A stretch of DNA of 64,000 nt from Balanoglossus misakiensis. Taxonomy: Eukaryota; Animalia; Hemichordata. The notes beneath the pieces were generated by a model. The model was not told the origin of the DNA and searched no databases. It saw only the letters and a list, made by a program, of their open reading frames with translations. The DNA lies in assembly GCA_040954595.2 (NCBI GenBank), contig CM082582.2, positions 7,442,063-7,506,062 on the forward strand, written 5' to 3'. This document shows positions 35,599 to 48,881 of the stretch, piece after piece (within the stretch, counting starts at the first letter, position 1; each line of letters begins with the position of its first letter). The translations under genes and the position numbers were made by a program.

Positions 35599-38543
35599 AT
35601 GATGGAACAAGTGAGTGACATAGGAAACGCTCTTCCGGACCCACTTGGAGCTTGTATACACGTAGAAGTTTGTCAAAATGCTTACAGGTAGGTATGTCAA
35701 AAGATACATCCAGGAAGTGACCTGGTTTGAACATTGTACATTGCTTAAAAGTTTTTTGTCACTTTTTAAAATTTTTATTGACGTATGTAACCTCTAGTTG
35801 GTTTTAGTTACACGACAAATGGAAACAAACATAAGTATTCAAACTAGACAACTGTTTCTTCTTGATACATACTAGTACATGACAAATTGGAATTGACACT
35901 ATTGGTTCTTATGTATTTGATGTATTTGTATGTTTATTCATATGGTTTATTAAATACTGTTTCCTTCACAGTACATTTGAAAAGCAACACATCAAAAAGC
36001 ATGTCATTGAACTGTTGAAGAAACATCGGCGGGCATATGGTGACTTCCTGATCACAGAATTTGATGACCCGATACTGGCTGAGCATGTCAAATCAATTGC
36101 AATATGCGACACTGATCTTAACAGACAAGAAAACCAGGTAATAGATGCCATCCCTCAACGTTCCTTTACTTTGCGTGACATTGATTGTATTTCTTTATTT
36201 TACAACCATAAATACCTTATATTCATTCTTTTCTCTCTTGACAGGTCATTGAATTTTGTACTGCTAGATTAAGTGTACATATATTTCAATTACAAGAGGA
36301 AGGCCCTGGTTCAGAAGAATTGGATGATGACAACTTATCAGCAGCTAACCATTGGTTATTGCCATCAGGTATTTTTCCATTTCCTAAACCTTGAATTACC
36401 ACTGTGATGCAAGTTATCATTGTCACCTCATAAATTTGCTTTCTTCTCTTCTTGACTTATTGTAACAGCGCCCTCTATGACAAGAAGAGGTTCAATGTTA
36501 CATTTCTCCTTCATACAGAAAGTGCATATTTGGATGTCTTAAATTTCATTGCTGACATTTCACCAACACTATCTTGATCTGATGTGTCTGTTTTTATTTT
36601 GCAGCTGATTTCCATGGTATGTGGGACAACCTGATATTTGATAGCAACGTGAAGGGAGATTTGATTCAGTATGCGGCCACCACTCTCTTGTTTTCCGACA
36701 AGAATATCGACTGCAACGTAATATCCTGGAACAGAGTTATATTACTGCATGGACCCCCGGGTACCGGGAAAACTTCGCTGTGTAAAGCATTGGCACAAAA
36801 ATTGTGTATAAGGTTATCAGACAGGTATGGTTGTACAAGAATACAACTTGTGTTTTAGCTGGCCGATTTTTAGCAACCAAGACAAATCAGATAAATATTG
36901 GACACGGCAATATAAACATCTCGTGATAAAAACACATTTCCTCAATTTACAGATACACCTATGGGCAGCTTATAGAAATCAACAGTCATAGCTTATTTTC
37001 CAAGTGGTTTTCTGAGGTAAGAAAAAGAGCTATTTCGGTTACTACTGATGACCTATGCAGAATTAATTTATTGAGACGTAACAGCATCACAGTACATGTA
37101 TGTACAGATCTAACTTCACTAGAATATTGAGCATTCACACTCAGAAGATTTGTTAATTTAATCTTAACCACCTTCACCATGTTATTTTGTCGATCTGTTT
37201 CAGAGTGGCAAACTAGTGATGAAAATGTTCCAGAAAATCCAAGAACTAATAGACGACCAAGATGCTTTAGTTTGTGTGCTTATAGATGAGGTAGGTTTAC
37301 TCTGTTCATTCCAGTCACTGTTGAGCCCTTTCCCGGCTATTGCTTCCTTAGGTTTCCTCACAGAATATGCAAAATCATGGTGTTTGGAGACAGTATAGTC
37401 ATCTTATGGTGATGATTATTTTGACCTCTCCTTATGACGGATTCCTCTGGTTTGTTTCTGCAGGTGGAGAGTTTAACAGCAGCCAGGAAAAGTTCACTGA
37501 ATGGAACGGAGCCCTCAGACGCCATCAGGGTGGTGAATGCCCTGCTTACACAAATAGACCAAATAAAAAAGTAAGTCTATGATATGAGCAGAATTGCTTC
37601 AGATCATTTAGTAGTGCAAAATGCAGGGATAAGTAAAGGATTGCAGTTGATATTACTGCTGATAATTTTCACAACTTTAATTAACATTGAAAATAATAGA
37701 TTTACTTCATGTGTTATCTCCCCAGGCACCCCAATGTGATTATTCTGACAACGTCCAACGTGACTGGTGCCATCGATCTGGCATTTGTCGACCGAGCTGA
37801 CATTAAACAGTACATCGGACCACCGTCACCGCCAGCTATATACAAGATATATCACTCCTGTCTCAATGAACTCATGAGAGTAAGTATCCTGCACAAGATG
37901 ATGATCTGAAACACTGGTATCTGCGTTCTGGGTACCATCTCATTGATTTTCTTGACAATGTGTTTGAATTTCAGGCCCGCATCATAACACCAACACAGCA
38001 GTTACTTGAAATGAGGGGCCTAGAATCGATGAGATTTATTGAAAACGACGCCACCAGACTCAGCCTGCGTCTCAGGGACATTGCCATGTAAGTGTTCAGA
38101 TAATTTACATCCTGTGTTCATTCTTATGTGACCAACCAATCCGTACACACATGCCTGTAAGCTACATCTTAAGGAAATGAATAAGACAAGACTATTGTTT
38201 CTTATTCCAGTAACAGCCATGGTCTTAGTGGAAGAACACTCCGGAAACTGCCATTCCTAGCACATGCAGTCTATATACAGGTTAGTCCAATCTGAAGGTG
38301 TGAAATCAAGAGTATTTCTTGACGCTGCATGACCTTGGTCTGTGTGTGACATTGTGTGGATAAGATTGTCCAGTTTTTGTTTCCCTGGTGTGAATTTTGG
38401 TCATTCTTTTTTCATGTGACACATAATTCCGTTTCATATTTTTTTCCCCTCAGAGATCCACAGTGACGTTGGAAGATTTCTTGTTTGCCCTGGCCAAAGT
38501 TGTTGAGAGGCAATTTGAAGAAAGGAGTAACTTAGAAAAGTGA
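35599..38543 (+). CDS. TRIP13: Pachytene checkpoint 2 / TRIP13 AAA+ ATPase
   Basis: 11 exons: 35599-35687, 35972-36137, 36245-36368, 36605-36824, 36953-37016, 37204-37290, 37464-37570, 37726-37879, 37975-38087, 38211-38280, 38454-38543. Walker [44 protein letters not shown], Walker [45 protein letters not shown] at 39670-39675. Confidence 0.97.
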
Positions 38544-40030
38544 AGGAGGAGAAATCTTGAAGACACGAAACCAGTACAGAGTACACTTCTGTGTCTCACC
38601 CCCCCCCCCCCCTGTTTTAATGAATAGTCTCACCCAATCCTTTGTAATATCTCAGGTTGATACCAAATACCACACACCCCCCCCCCCAATGGGGGTGGGT
38701 TCTGTTTGCGGAGTAAGCTCAATCACTGCCATTATTTTCATCTTGTGCAATTTTATCAACATTCTAATTTTACATATTTCAAAGCGATCTTTATATGTAT
38801 ATATGTTGTACAAGAGATCCATTTTAGATTAACTTGTCTGTCATATCTTTGGCGGCGTTAAGATCATTCCACTAGTTCTAAACCAAAATCACAACCTCTG
38901 CAGTTAAACTGAGCAAATTTTGTAGTTTGTATTATCCACTGAACACCTGCCAGCTGTACCTGTATCTCCAGTTTTCTGTATCATCAGATGCTGGTAATAT
39001 CATGCTATGAAGTTTATATCATACCAGAAAATTCAATTCAATCTGTACACACCTATCAATCAGATTCTGATAATCCTTTAGGCCATACACATGTACATGT
39101 ATATCATTATCCTGATATGAATAAAGGATTTTTCAGATACACAACGTTTTCGTTTATGTGCGCTGGCAACAGGTTGTGTGGTATTGATTTCATCTTGCTG
39201 TCAATGGTTACTTTATATACCGTAATGATTTGCATCAAAATTTATGATGGGATTAACACTGACACTTTTGAAATGAGATGTGTTGTATGATGGGACCATC
39301 TGTTTTGCAGACACACATGTTTGAGTGTGAATAGCTCAATGTGAAGTTCTGTGAATTATTTTCTTTGGGGTAACGACATTCTGTGTACATTTACTATAAT
39401 TGTAACCCTTGACAAGAACATATGTTATACATGTACATGTATAAATGGTGTTGAGCTTACAGTGAATGTAACTGCCTTGGTCAACAATATTGTTTTATAT
39501 AATGTTGCATGTATGCGAGAGAGTTTCACTTTGTATATAATGCTGTACTGAGATTGTTACTGTCTGAATATTTTCTGTCATGCAGAATTTACCATTTTTG
39601 TATTCATGCAATGCTTCACAATCACTCCTGTGTGGAGTGACTATGAATGTCTGGATGCTGTTGTAGAGCAATAAAGTTGTCGGATAGTAGTTGGTCTCGT
39701 TTACTTAGTCTTTTGTTTGATTTGAACCTAGGATCAATCATAACCATGGTGATAGTTTATACCTTTTGAAGTAAATTTTTCCAAAATCTGTACTTTTCAA
39801 ACCAAAAGAACAAAAAGTTCCTTTTTGTAAGCTAAATGGAAAGTTGATGAGCTTGCAGGATTTAATTCATACGCACAACTTTCCAATGATTTATTTGCCC
39901 AAGAAAATTTTGTGACGAAACTTCTAAGATTTCCCGATCATCAGCTGAGCAATTATATCGAGCGAAGGAGTGCGCGTCGAGGAGAAAGTGATTAAAATCC
40001 ACTAACTTGAGGGGTATCACCTTACTAAAG

Positions 40031-43000
40031 ATGGAGGAGGCCGAGAGACGTCGTGTTGCTGGTAGCAGGTAAGCAATGCGATGCAAGCGTGATTCTGGTG
40101 TAATGTTGCACTGTGCAGTGTCGTGGTTTCGGCTGGGCTGGCTGATCAGCGCCAGAAAACGAAGCGCGATCTTTGGTTACCCTTCAAACACGGCTGTAAA
40201 CAATGACGATCGACGCCGTCGACGCGATGCGATTGCCATTGGATTCCTTTGAGTTGGACGTCCCTTGTAGCCGTGGAAACGCAGCTGTACTGTTGGGGGG
40301 GGGGGGGAGTAGCATCCCTCCCAATGGTACAGCTGTGTTTCCACGGCTACGTTCCTTGATGTGGTGGTGACGGACCTTGATTGATAACAAGGATCACGAA
40401 AGCTAGTTTAGAAGTTTAGATCAAAATTTGCTTGAGAGAAAATTAGGCATAATGCATGTATAATGTTTAATAATAACAAGCAAGCGAAATTAACGTATTA
40501 CTTATAAAATTGTAAAACCATTTGGGCATAAGATCATCTCTACAGACTACAATATCGCTACTGCATCATTACACTTTATCACACAACACTTATTCATTCA
40601 GGCAGTGTCAAACTCATAAAGATTACCTGTCAACTATGAATATATATTGCCTGAACATATGAGTTTGTTCTGGAATTCATATTCCAAATAGATTGGGTCA
40701 GGATGATCTGATGTGGAAACGATTATTCGTCATAAATTTAAAACTGGCAGCTTTTTATTCCATGAAATGTACAGGCAATAACTGTGTCATCAAAGTCAAT
40801 CACAATTTATAGATTTCTGAAGTTAATAAAAGAAATGTCAGGACACACCATTTTTTCAGAGTTCAAAGATTATTAATTTCACTGTTCCAGAAATAATTAA
40901 AGGACCTTAGAAATTAACTTAAGTCACTGTTTTATCCAATATTTTAAATTATTGTTTACATGTTTTTTTTCATCTGCTTCAGATTTGAAGTAGTGCGAGT
41001 GCATGAATCCCAGCCAGTCAAGCAACGATCGCTCGTCGACCTGATACAAGCGGCCAACGCGGAGACACAACTCAACAGCAGACCCCAGTCCCGCGCCAGC
41101 CAAATCAGCCAGTCCACAAATGCATCGCCGCTCGACGCGGGAAGGAAGTCGATCAGAAGCCAGGCCAGCACTCCGTCGTTCTCCATGACGGAGGAGACGG
41201 AATGTTCCATCAGCCGACTCTACAGTAGTGCCGGTAGCGTGAACGATTCCGAAAGCGCGGTACTAATCCAGTCGAATGTCGGTGACCCGGAGGTCATCAT
41301 CCACCATGAACAGGTATTTAACGGATATAATAATATTGTAATGGTAATATTGTAAGTTATGTATTTTTATCACCAAATTTCTGTGCTGCATCGCTGATGT
41401 GCTGGTGGTTTGTAGCTGGTGTTTTTTTTTTTTACGGCACTCTGGGTTTTTTATTTTATAGCAACTCTGTGGATGGAGCTGTTGCACGAGAGTGACGATG
41501 TGCATTGGTGTCTTCGCCGCGGTGATGATCGTTGGCGTGGTGTTAATCGAGGTTCTCAGAATCCATCGAGAGATGCCGTTACCAGGTAACTTAAGTGTTG
41601 TTGATGGGGTGAATGAAACGTTTTCTAAATGATTTTTGACCCTGGAAATGATAAAAAGAGGGTTCAGAAAGTAAAAGCTAAATTCTGTTTAATTTCTTTC
41701 ACAGTGATGAATTTCTTGTATGTGTTCCGTGCTGTTGGCATATTTGGGTTTTCTGGAGGTGCCACCAATTGGGTTGCTATTAAATTGGTCTTCAATAGAA
41801 TACCAGGCCTCGTCGGAAGGTGAGTGTTAACCATTGGTTTACCTTTGCCCTTTGAACAAAGAATTATCCCAGAGCAAGTAAGCCAGAGGTTGAAAATAAT
41901 GAACTCTGGAGCAACCAGAGTTGTAACTTCACTTTGAATCTGGAACTGGATTTCCTTTTTCCACCAAATATTCTTTTTTTTACCCTTGACAGTGGTGCCA
42001 TTCCAAAACATTACACACAGATCAAAGAGCGGGTCAAGTCTACAGTCCTAGACATCTTCTTTGGGAGGGAATTTCTATCGCGGTATCTTCAAGAAAAAGG
42101 GGACGTCTTCCTGTCAACCATCAACCTCGGTAAGGATGTGAAGCAAAATATATTACTTGCTGTTGCAGACAATTGACTGTGACTTGGGTCTTACTCTATT
42201 AATTATTCATTTCATTTGATGTCACAGCCCCAGGAAGGACATTTTCCCCCATTACTTTTTTTTCGTCCATAAATGCAGCCTCGTTTTATCACTTAGTGTT
42301 GACCTTTTTCTCGTGGCATTTTGGTTTCACCTATACTGTTCTGTATGGAAACTCTTGGACAATCAGCATTTTTCACAAATTGAGCATGATTAAAATTTCA
42401 TATTACATGACAAACACATCCTAATAAACTGCGATCTTTAAGTCTAAATTCTTCAGGTGTGCAGAGTTGGTGAGAAAACTTCATGTACAGGAAATATTTT
42501 TGAAAAAAGTCTTTTGTATTTACCGAAAGTTGAAAGGGCTAAAACTGCTGTCATTAATTTGTATGATCGATCAACTCTCTCGAATCCCTAGCAGGAAGCC
42601 GGGAAACAGTGTGCACAGCTGTTCCGAGATTAGGTTTGACAAGCAATATCGTGATTTGCACATACCCTGTTTCACTTGGTAATAATTCAATTATGCCTCA
42701 GAACACTCCTGATGTGTATACTCATGATTGACTTCGTTTTCTTCTTTTTTTAAAATTCATGACGGCATGTATTCATCACTCTTATTACTACACAGTTGAA
42801 TTGAACTACATCATCAGTGGAGATAAAAGGCTTATAGTCGCTCGTATGTGGGCCGAAGTATCTGGCGATATTCCTTTGATGCTTATAGTTCTGGCTTGGG
42901 GCACAATTTGCTGCAAATTGAGTTTTTCTCGGAGTAATTCCATTTTAGGGCCCGGCATCGGATGATTTCGATCCGGCGTTTATCCTGGAAAATATCCGTG

Positions 43001-45948
43001 ATTTTTCTTTACGGCAGTGTGCAGTAGCAAACTGTTGGATTTTTTAATGGTGTTTCTCAGAGTGTGTATGTTAGCAAGATTACCTGTTATCAATGGATGC
43101 TCGTGAAATACTCCTTTTTAAGTGGAGAGCTCACCTAGTTCCTGGACACTTTAGATGACCATCTTAATGCAAACCACTTGCGGATGATTCTAAAGGGCAA
43201 TATAACCTGATTGTGTTTGTAGCACTTTTCAACGCTTGCTTGAAAAGTCTTGTAAATGATCGATCATGCAGGTCTAAAGCTCCATTACATTAGTTGTAAC
43301 TTTTTCGCTGTTTTTTTAGTATTTTTGTTTTCTGTGTCTATTGCGTTTCCTTGTTCAAATTTCTGAAACATGCTGAGTATTTTTTTGATTTTCACTAAAA
43401 TTCACTAAAACTCAAAACTGTAAAATTAGATTTGTATAAAATTTCAGCACACAAGTAACTTGTACAGTTTTGGAGATGTGTACTGCAGTGAAAATAGCTG
43501 ATTTGATGAGAGAATTTTGTCTGCGAAAAAATCTAACAACGAAATCTCTCTTGAAAGTGCATCCACCTATCTGATGCCAGATCTGATATCATGTGACCAA
43601 AGACGTTCATTTGCAAGCCTATACGTCCATGATAGCCAACGGAGCATTTAGATGCCGTCACGGATAACAAGATTTTGCATGGTTGACGCAAATGCAGACA
43701 CACACAGTACTCTGAGAGTCTGTGATTCATGCCTGCACTGTGCATTACTCAGAAAAAAATGTACGTCATCGCCACGACAACCAGCCAGCATCATCACTTT
43801 CTGTCACAGCCTTAGGTGTGCTTGCATTTTCGCGATAAGGACTGTTAATGGAATCTTTGTTGCAGCACCTAAGGTTAAGGGTCAACCTCTAGACAAATTC
43901 AGTCTCTATTTATTTTCTCAAGTCTGCAAAAATTAATTTACATGTCACGTATAGTTCCTTGGGATTAATATATAATAGATTTATATTTTGTGAATACAGA
44001 CTTGAAAGTATTTTTGTGTAGTGAGTAATAGAGTTGAGTGGATATAAGAGAAACTACAATGTTGCAATAGGAAAAGTAAATTGTATTACTTAGTGGTGTT
44101 TTAGAATACAGCTTTGTTTTTTTTCATGAAAACACGCTGTCAATATGCGAAGTCTTTTTATATCTCTATTTTACCACTGTAATCCATGCAGCGTTCCCTG
44201 TAGAACGGACAAACCCCTTTGATTGATGGAATCTCACTGCGTCTGAATCACTCTGCCTGCGGGACGAGTGGTAACCATAGCAACACTGACAGCAGCAACT
44301 TGTCTGTCTGTCACCCGACAAGAGGGAGAAATACTTTCACATTGGCAAGAATGACACGCCGCTTGATTTTGTGATTTTTTTTCTTCTGAAAAATGACCAG
44401 ATCGAATCCCTAAAAGCTCAAAACAGCAGATTATGCGATTTAAATCTCATTTCGGTATTGTCTTTTTTCTTCCTGGTCTTCAGAGGATCAGATTAAAGAA
44501 ATTATAAAATCTGGACAAATGGATTTTCTGATCGATAAGCAGATTGATGCTGTGCTGAGCGGACCTGAAGGTAATGATAGTTCACTGGGGGGATATTGTA
44601 CAATCAGGGAAATTGATGATGGATTCTTGAGGAAATGAGCGTTGCTGCTGCTTTCATAAAATCGGTTCAGAACAAAGGTTAATTCTTTCTGCTGATAAAG
44701 CAATTTTCTGCTTGTGAGGCAATTACAGCAGACTCTTCTCCTAACTGTGATCATACTACCTCTATTAAAGCTTTGATTTTATGCTGATAATATTTGTACA
44801 CCAATCAAATACTGTCTAACGGGAAATTTTCACGAACCTCGCTTGTTTTACATAAGTGTGTCCGTCATTGCCAAAATTTGTTATCTCGGTTGTTATCTCC
44901 CTAATTAAACTGCAAAGATCAATTAATACCCCCAAATGTTGTTATCTTTATCTCACAATCATATGGAGGTATAAATTTGTCTCTTGTCAGTGAAAAAGAC
45001 TGACAACCTCTTTTAATCTGGCCTTGTAGGAGCAATGTTCAAGATGGTCGGCATGGAATCCACAAAACTCAAGCCCCTTGTGAAGTCGCTCATTGATGGT
45101 CTAAGTAGCAGTGTCTCACAAATGGTGAGTTTTCCTGCCTATATTTTCACTGAGTTGTGTAATAAAAGAACAGTGCCTGTATTGTATTGAAGGGGCTGTA
45201 TGCTCCTGGGAAGTCCACAGCTTTTAAGCCACTGATGGAATTTCCGTAAATATCCTACAAAATGGAATTTGCCTCTGGATTTTCCTGGAAATTTATTAGC
45301 CATCTATGATTCAACAATTTGCTGAAGTCATCCATGCTGTCAGATGTCATAAGAAGAGACATCAGTATCTCTGTGACTTTCTCTCATTCACTCTGATTTT
45401 ATTCTAGTTAATGGTAAGCTTTAAAAATTCAAGATATTTTAATGCTGAACGCATCAGATGCGAAGTAGAGGCCATGATGGTAATTAGAATGGAGAGTGTC
45501 ACTGCAAAACAGGTCACAAAGGTAAGAATTTGAAACAGTAACCAAAAAAAATTGTCTGAAGGCAATGAGTAAGGGAAGATGAGGCTGTTAATGGAATTTT
45601 GTCAACTTCTGGCCTTTTATTATAGTCCCAATGCCCAACAAGACAAATGGATTTAGCGCTGTCTTTTCTGTTATTGCATGTTTCCATGATCATGTAATAT
45701 TGCATTTTCCTAAGGGAGGTGCTTCATTCATAATTCATGATTGTAAATACAAGTGCCTTTGATTTTTCACTACCTGGATTTTTTTCATAACCATAGTATC
45801 TAGAGTCACTCATAAATATATTCATTTATGTTCTTTTCAGATTGTAGAGGATTTAGTCTCGGAGCACCTCAGTTGGATAGTGGTGTGGGGCTGTGTGTTT
45901 GGTGGCTTTGTCGGCATGGTGACAGAGCTCCTGACCTCTGTGTTGTAG
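40031..45948 (+). CDS. DUF445-family membrane protein with an added Ser-rich N-terminus
   Basis: 9 phase-compatible exons: 40031-40068, 40983-41313, 41462-41585, 41705-41819, 41993-42129, 44484-44570, 45030-45124, 45408-45521, 45841-45948. Motifs GIFGFSGGATNWVAIKLVFNRIPGLVGSGAIP and IVEDLVSEHLSWIVVWGCVFGGFVG match the two conserved ends of bacterial DUF445 proteins as I recall them. Confidence 0.82.
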
Positions 45949-48881
45949 GCGTGACCTCTGCCTCGGTGAAGTCTGCTCAAATGAACGTGGGGATTTTCGT
46001 CTAGAAAACTGCACATGGTGAATCACTGTCTTTTTCAGCTGCACACTGTCACTGTATATACCTTGCTGAATGGAAAAGCCTATAATAAATATGCTTCAGC
46101 TATTTCTATAATACTGTACACAGTTTATTCTAATTATGCAAATATGATGCAAAATGCTTTAAATTTTTGTTGTTGAAAAATTACCGTGTAGTATCTTAAT
46201 ATCTGTGACCCTTGACTTTTAACCTTTACCCAGTACAGCCAGGAGATGTTTGTCATATGTGAAGCCTACAAGTGTATGTTTTCCTGTGAAAAATCATACA
46301 GTACTTCTTTTACATATTCGGCCTGCAAAATTTTGGTAAAGATTTTGAGACATTACAGACATGAGTCATCCATTTGGTGCGTGGTTGCACATTATGAAAT
46401 AAACCCTAGATCTGAGAACCCTCCTTGGATTTCTAAAACGGTTCAAGGTTAGGGATAGCTGTAAGCTACATGCTTGGAATAGACAAAGAGTTTGAACGTA
46501 TCACTCGAGTCAAAGTAGAATGCAATCCAGGGACATACTTTGAGAAATATAAAAAAACTCAGACCTCTAATTGCTTCATGCAAACTATAAAATTGAATTG
46601 AATCTCAAATGACGGCACCTATTGAGTAGTTATTCCTAATGAATCGTTTTATGTACACTCAAAATTTTACAGTCGCTGCACAGTTCCTTCTGTGTCAGGC
46701 GTAGAACTTGCCAGTCAGCAATTGTATGCCGTTCGCAATGTAACGACGTATTCTATGTCAGGGTTTGTGAAGTGTACTTGTGTTTCATTGGCAATTATCG
46801 CAGTCATCGCAGCTCAGAACGACTTTGGTATTACCCCGTTGAACAAGCCAGCCCTGCTATGCTAAGAACCTGGCGGATTCAATAATTGTGATGGACTACA
46901 ATCGACATCTGATATGCATTCGCCTCAATCATGGCATGCGTATACGTCAGTGTGCGTATCTGTTTGCATCAATCCTAGGTCGCTAAAGTTCAGATTGCCA
47001 ATTCAGTACGTTATTGACTTCTTGATTGTTTGAGTTTTCTTCTAAATTGATTATCCGTAGAAATTCCCTCTAATGACCTTAGTGTGCGGTTGGTTAGGAC
47101 GCACGCGATAATTTAGTCATTTTGTTTTTCAATGAAACTTCCTGAATTATCAGACATAAGAGTTCCAGTCATTCTCTGTACAGGAATCGTATAAAATGAG
47201 AATACTTTGTTGACATGATATTTGGCACGTACCAAAAATGCATTGTCAAACTCCCATTTACAAATACAAAAGACCAGGTCTTTGGTCACCCCTCATGTGG
47301 TGGCAATGTTTTCCATTATTAAATAACTACATTTTGTATCCCAAATTCAATCAGCCAGCAAGGAGAAAAAGACCATGGCCTTTTCTAAGCCACTGTATTA
47401 AAACCTCAGTGGGCTGGCTTCATGCTCCATCAATCAGATGAATTCAGACCACCCAGGTTGGTTGCAATTATTTTGCTAGCTTTACCATTACTTTCCATGT
47501 TATGGTACATGTAAATTTTATGTGATAATTTACACGGTCAATACAGCTTCACTGATGATTTGAGAGCGTTTCCCAAATTATGCATGTATCCAGTGCTTCT
47601 GTTACAATTATTTTCGGGGGAAATTTAAATGTTTTTCTGATTTTCTCACATTTGAAAACATATCTGATCATGAAATACCTCCAGGATCTGTATTAATTTT
47701 TCAAATCAGCATCACCATTATGTAAGGTGTTTTTAAGGTTGATTTTGTGATATTTTCTCATGAGTCTTTCAAAGTATGTGATCATGCGCTCATTTTACAA
47801 GGTGCATCATGATTGGTTGCTTCATAGCCTTCCTTTGCACACTATTATAGTTAGTAAACCAATCAGCAAAGAGTTTTACATTTAAGCTCTCAAAGAATTA
47901 TTTTACTATAGGGCCCGTGTGAATCTTATTTGGGCCACATATTCTTTTTCAATTTTCCATATTTTCGAATTTTTTTCTTTTTCAGAGTACTGTTAGAAAA
48001 TTCTTGCCATGTAAGATTGCAATGACAATTGTTTAGTACAGACCTCTCTCAGTGTGTCATATCTCGACATTGTTTTTTGTGCAATAGAAAAAGTTTTCTG
48101 TTAATACACAGGTAACATAACTGCCACCGGTGATGTTTTTGTAAGTTAAAAAAACTGTGAGACTAATCCAACATCTTCACATATGTTTAGACTTGTCAAC
48201 ATCTCTTCATATATATGTCTATGTAAACGCATACCCTTATCTCCAATGGAGATTATAATTATCACTCAGTAGAACAGAAACGCTTAAAACCAGAATATAA
48301 TATGCAATAGACAACAAGAAAAACCCCACCCAGGGCTATCTATGACAGTACATGTACATCAGCTGTACATGTTGCCAAGAAATTTACTGCCGTCATTGTC
48401 AACTCAAAATATATCAGTTTGATTTTTTTGATTTCCCTTTTATTGCACATGGATTTGTACACATCTCGGAGATGATTTTTGTACATTAATTGATGATATT
48501 GCCATATTTTTGTTCTGAAATCACAGTTCAACTCGCTTTCATGTGTGTAAATGCACACGTCTTTCGATTTTGGTTAATAAACTTTTTTCTATTTTTACAT
48601 GTAAATTGTTAAAAGGTGTATTACTTTGTAGCAGAATATATAACACTGGTATCTTATCTAAGGTATTAAATACCAAGTATGATTGGCAATGACAAAAACA
48701 GTATCAAAATCTTTTACAAAACACTAATGTGGTTTTGTACACTGACTTCATTTATATGTACACTTCTTTGACTTCGCCAGCAATCCTTATGAAAAATATT
48801 TCCTTCATTCTTCAGTCAGGGCATTGCCTTCCACGACAGACCTGAGAACAGTGGCAGCCTTGAGATATTTTTTTCTTTCTT

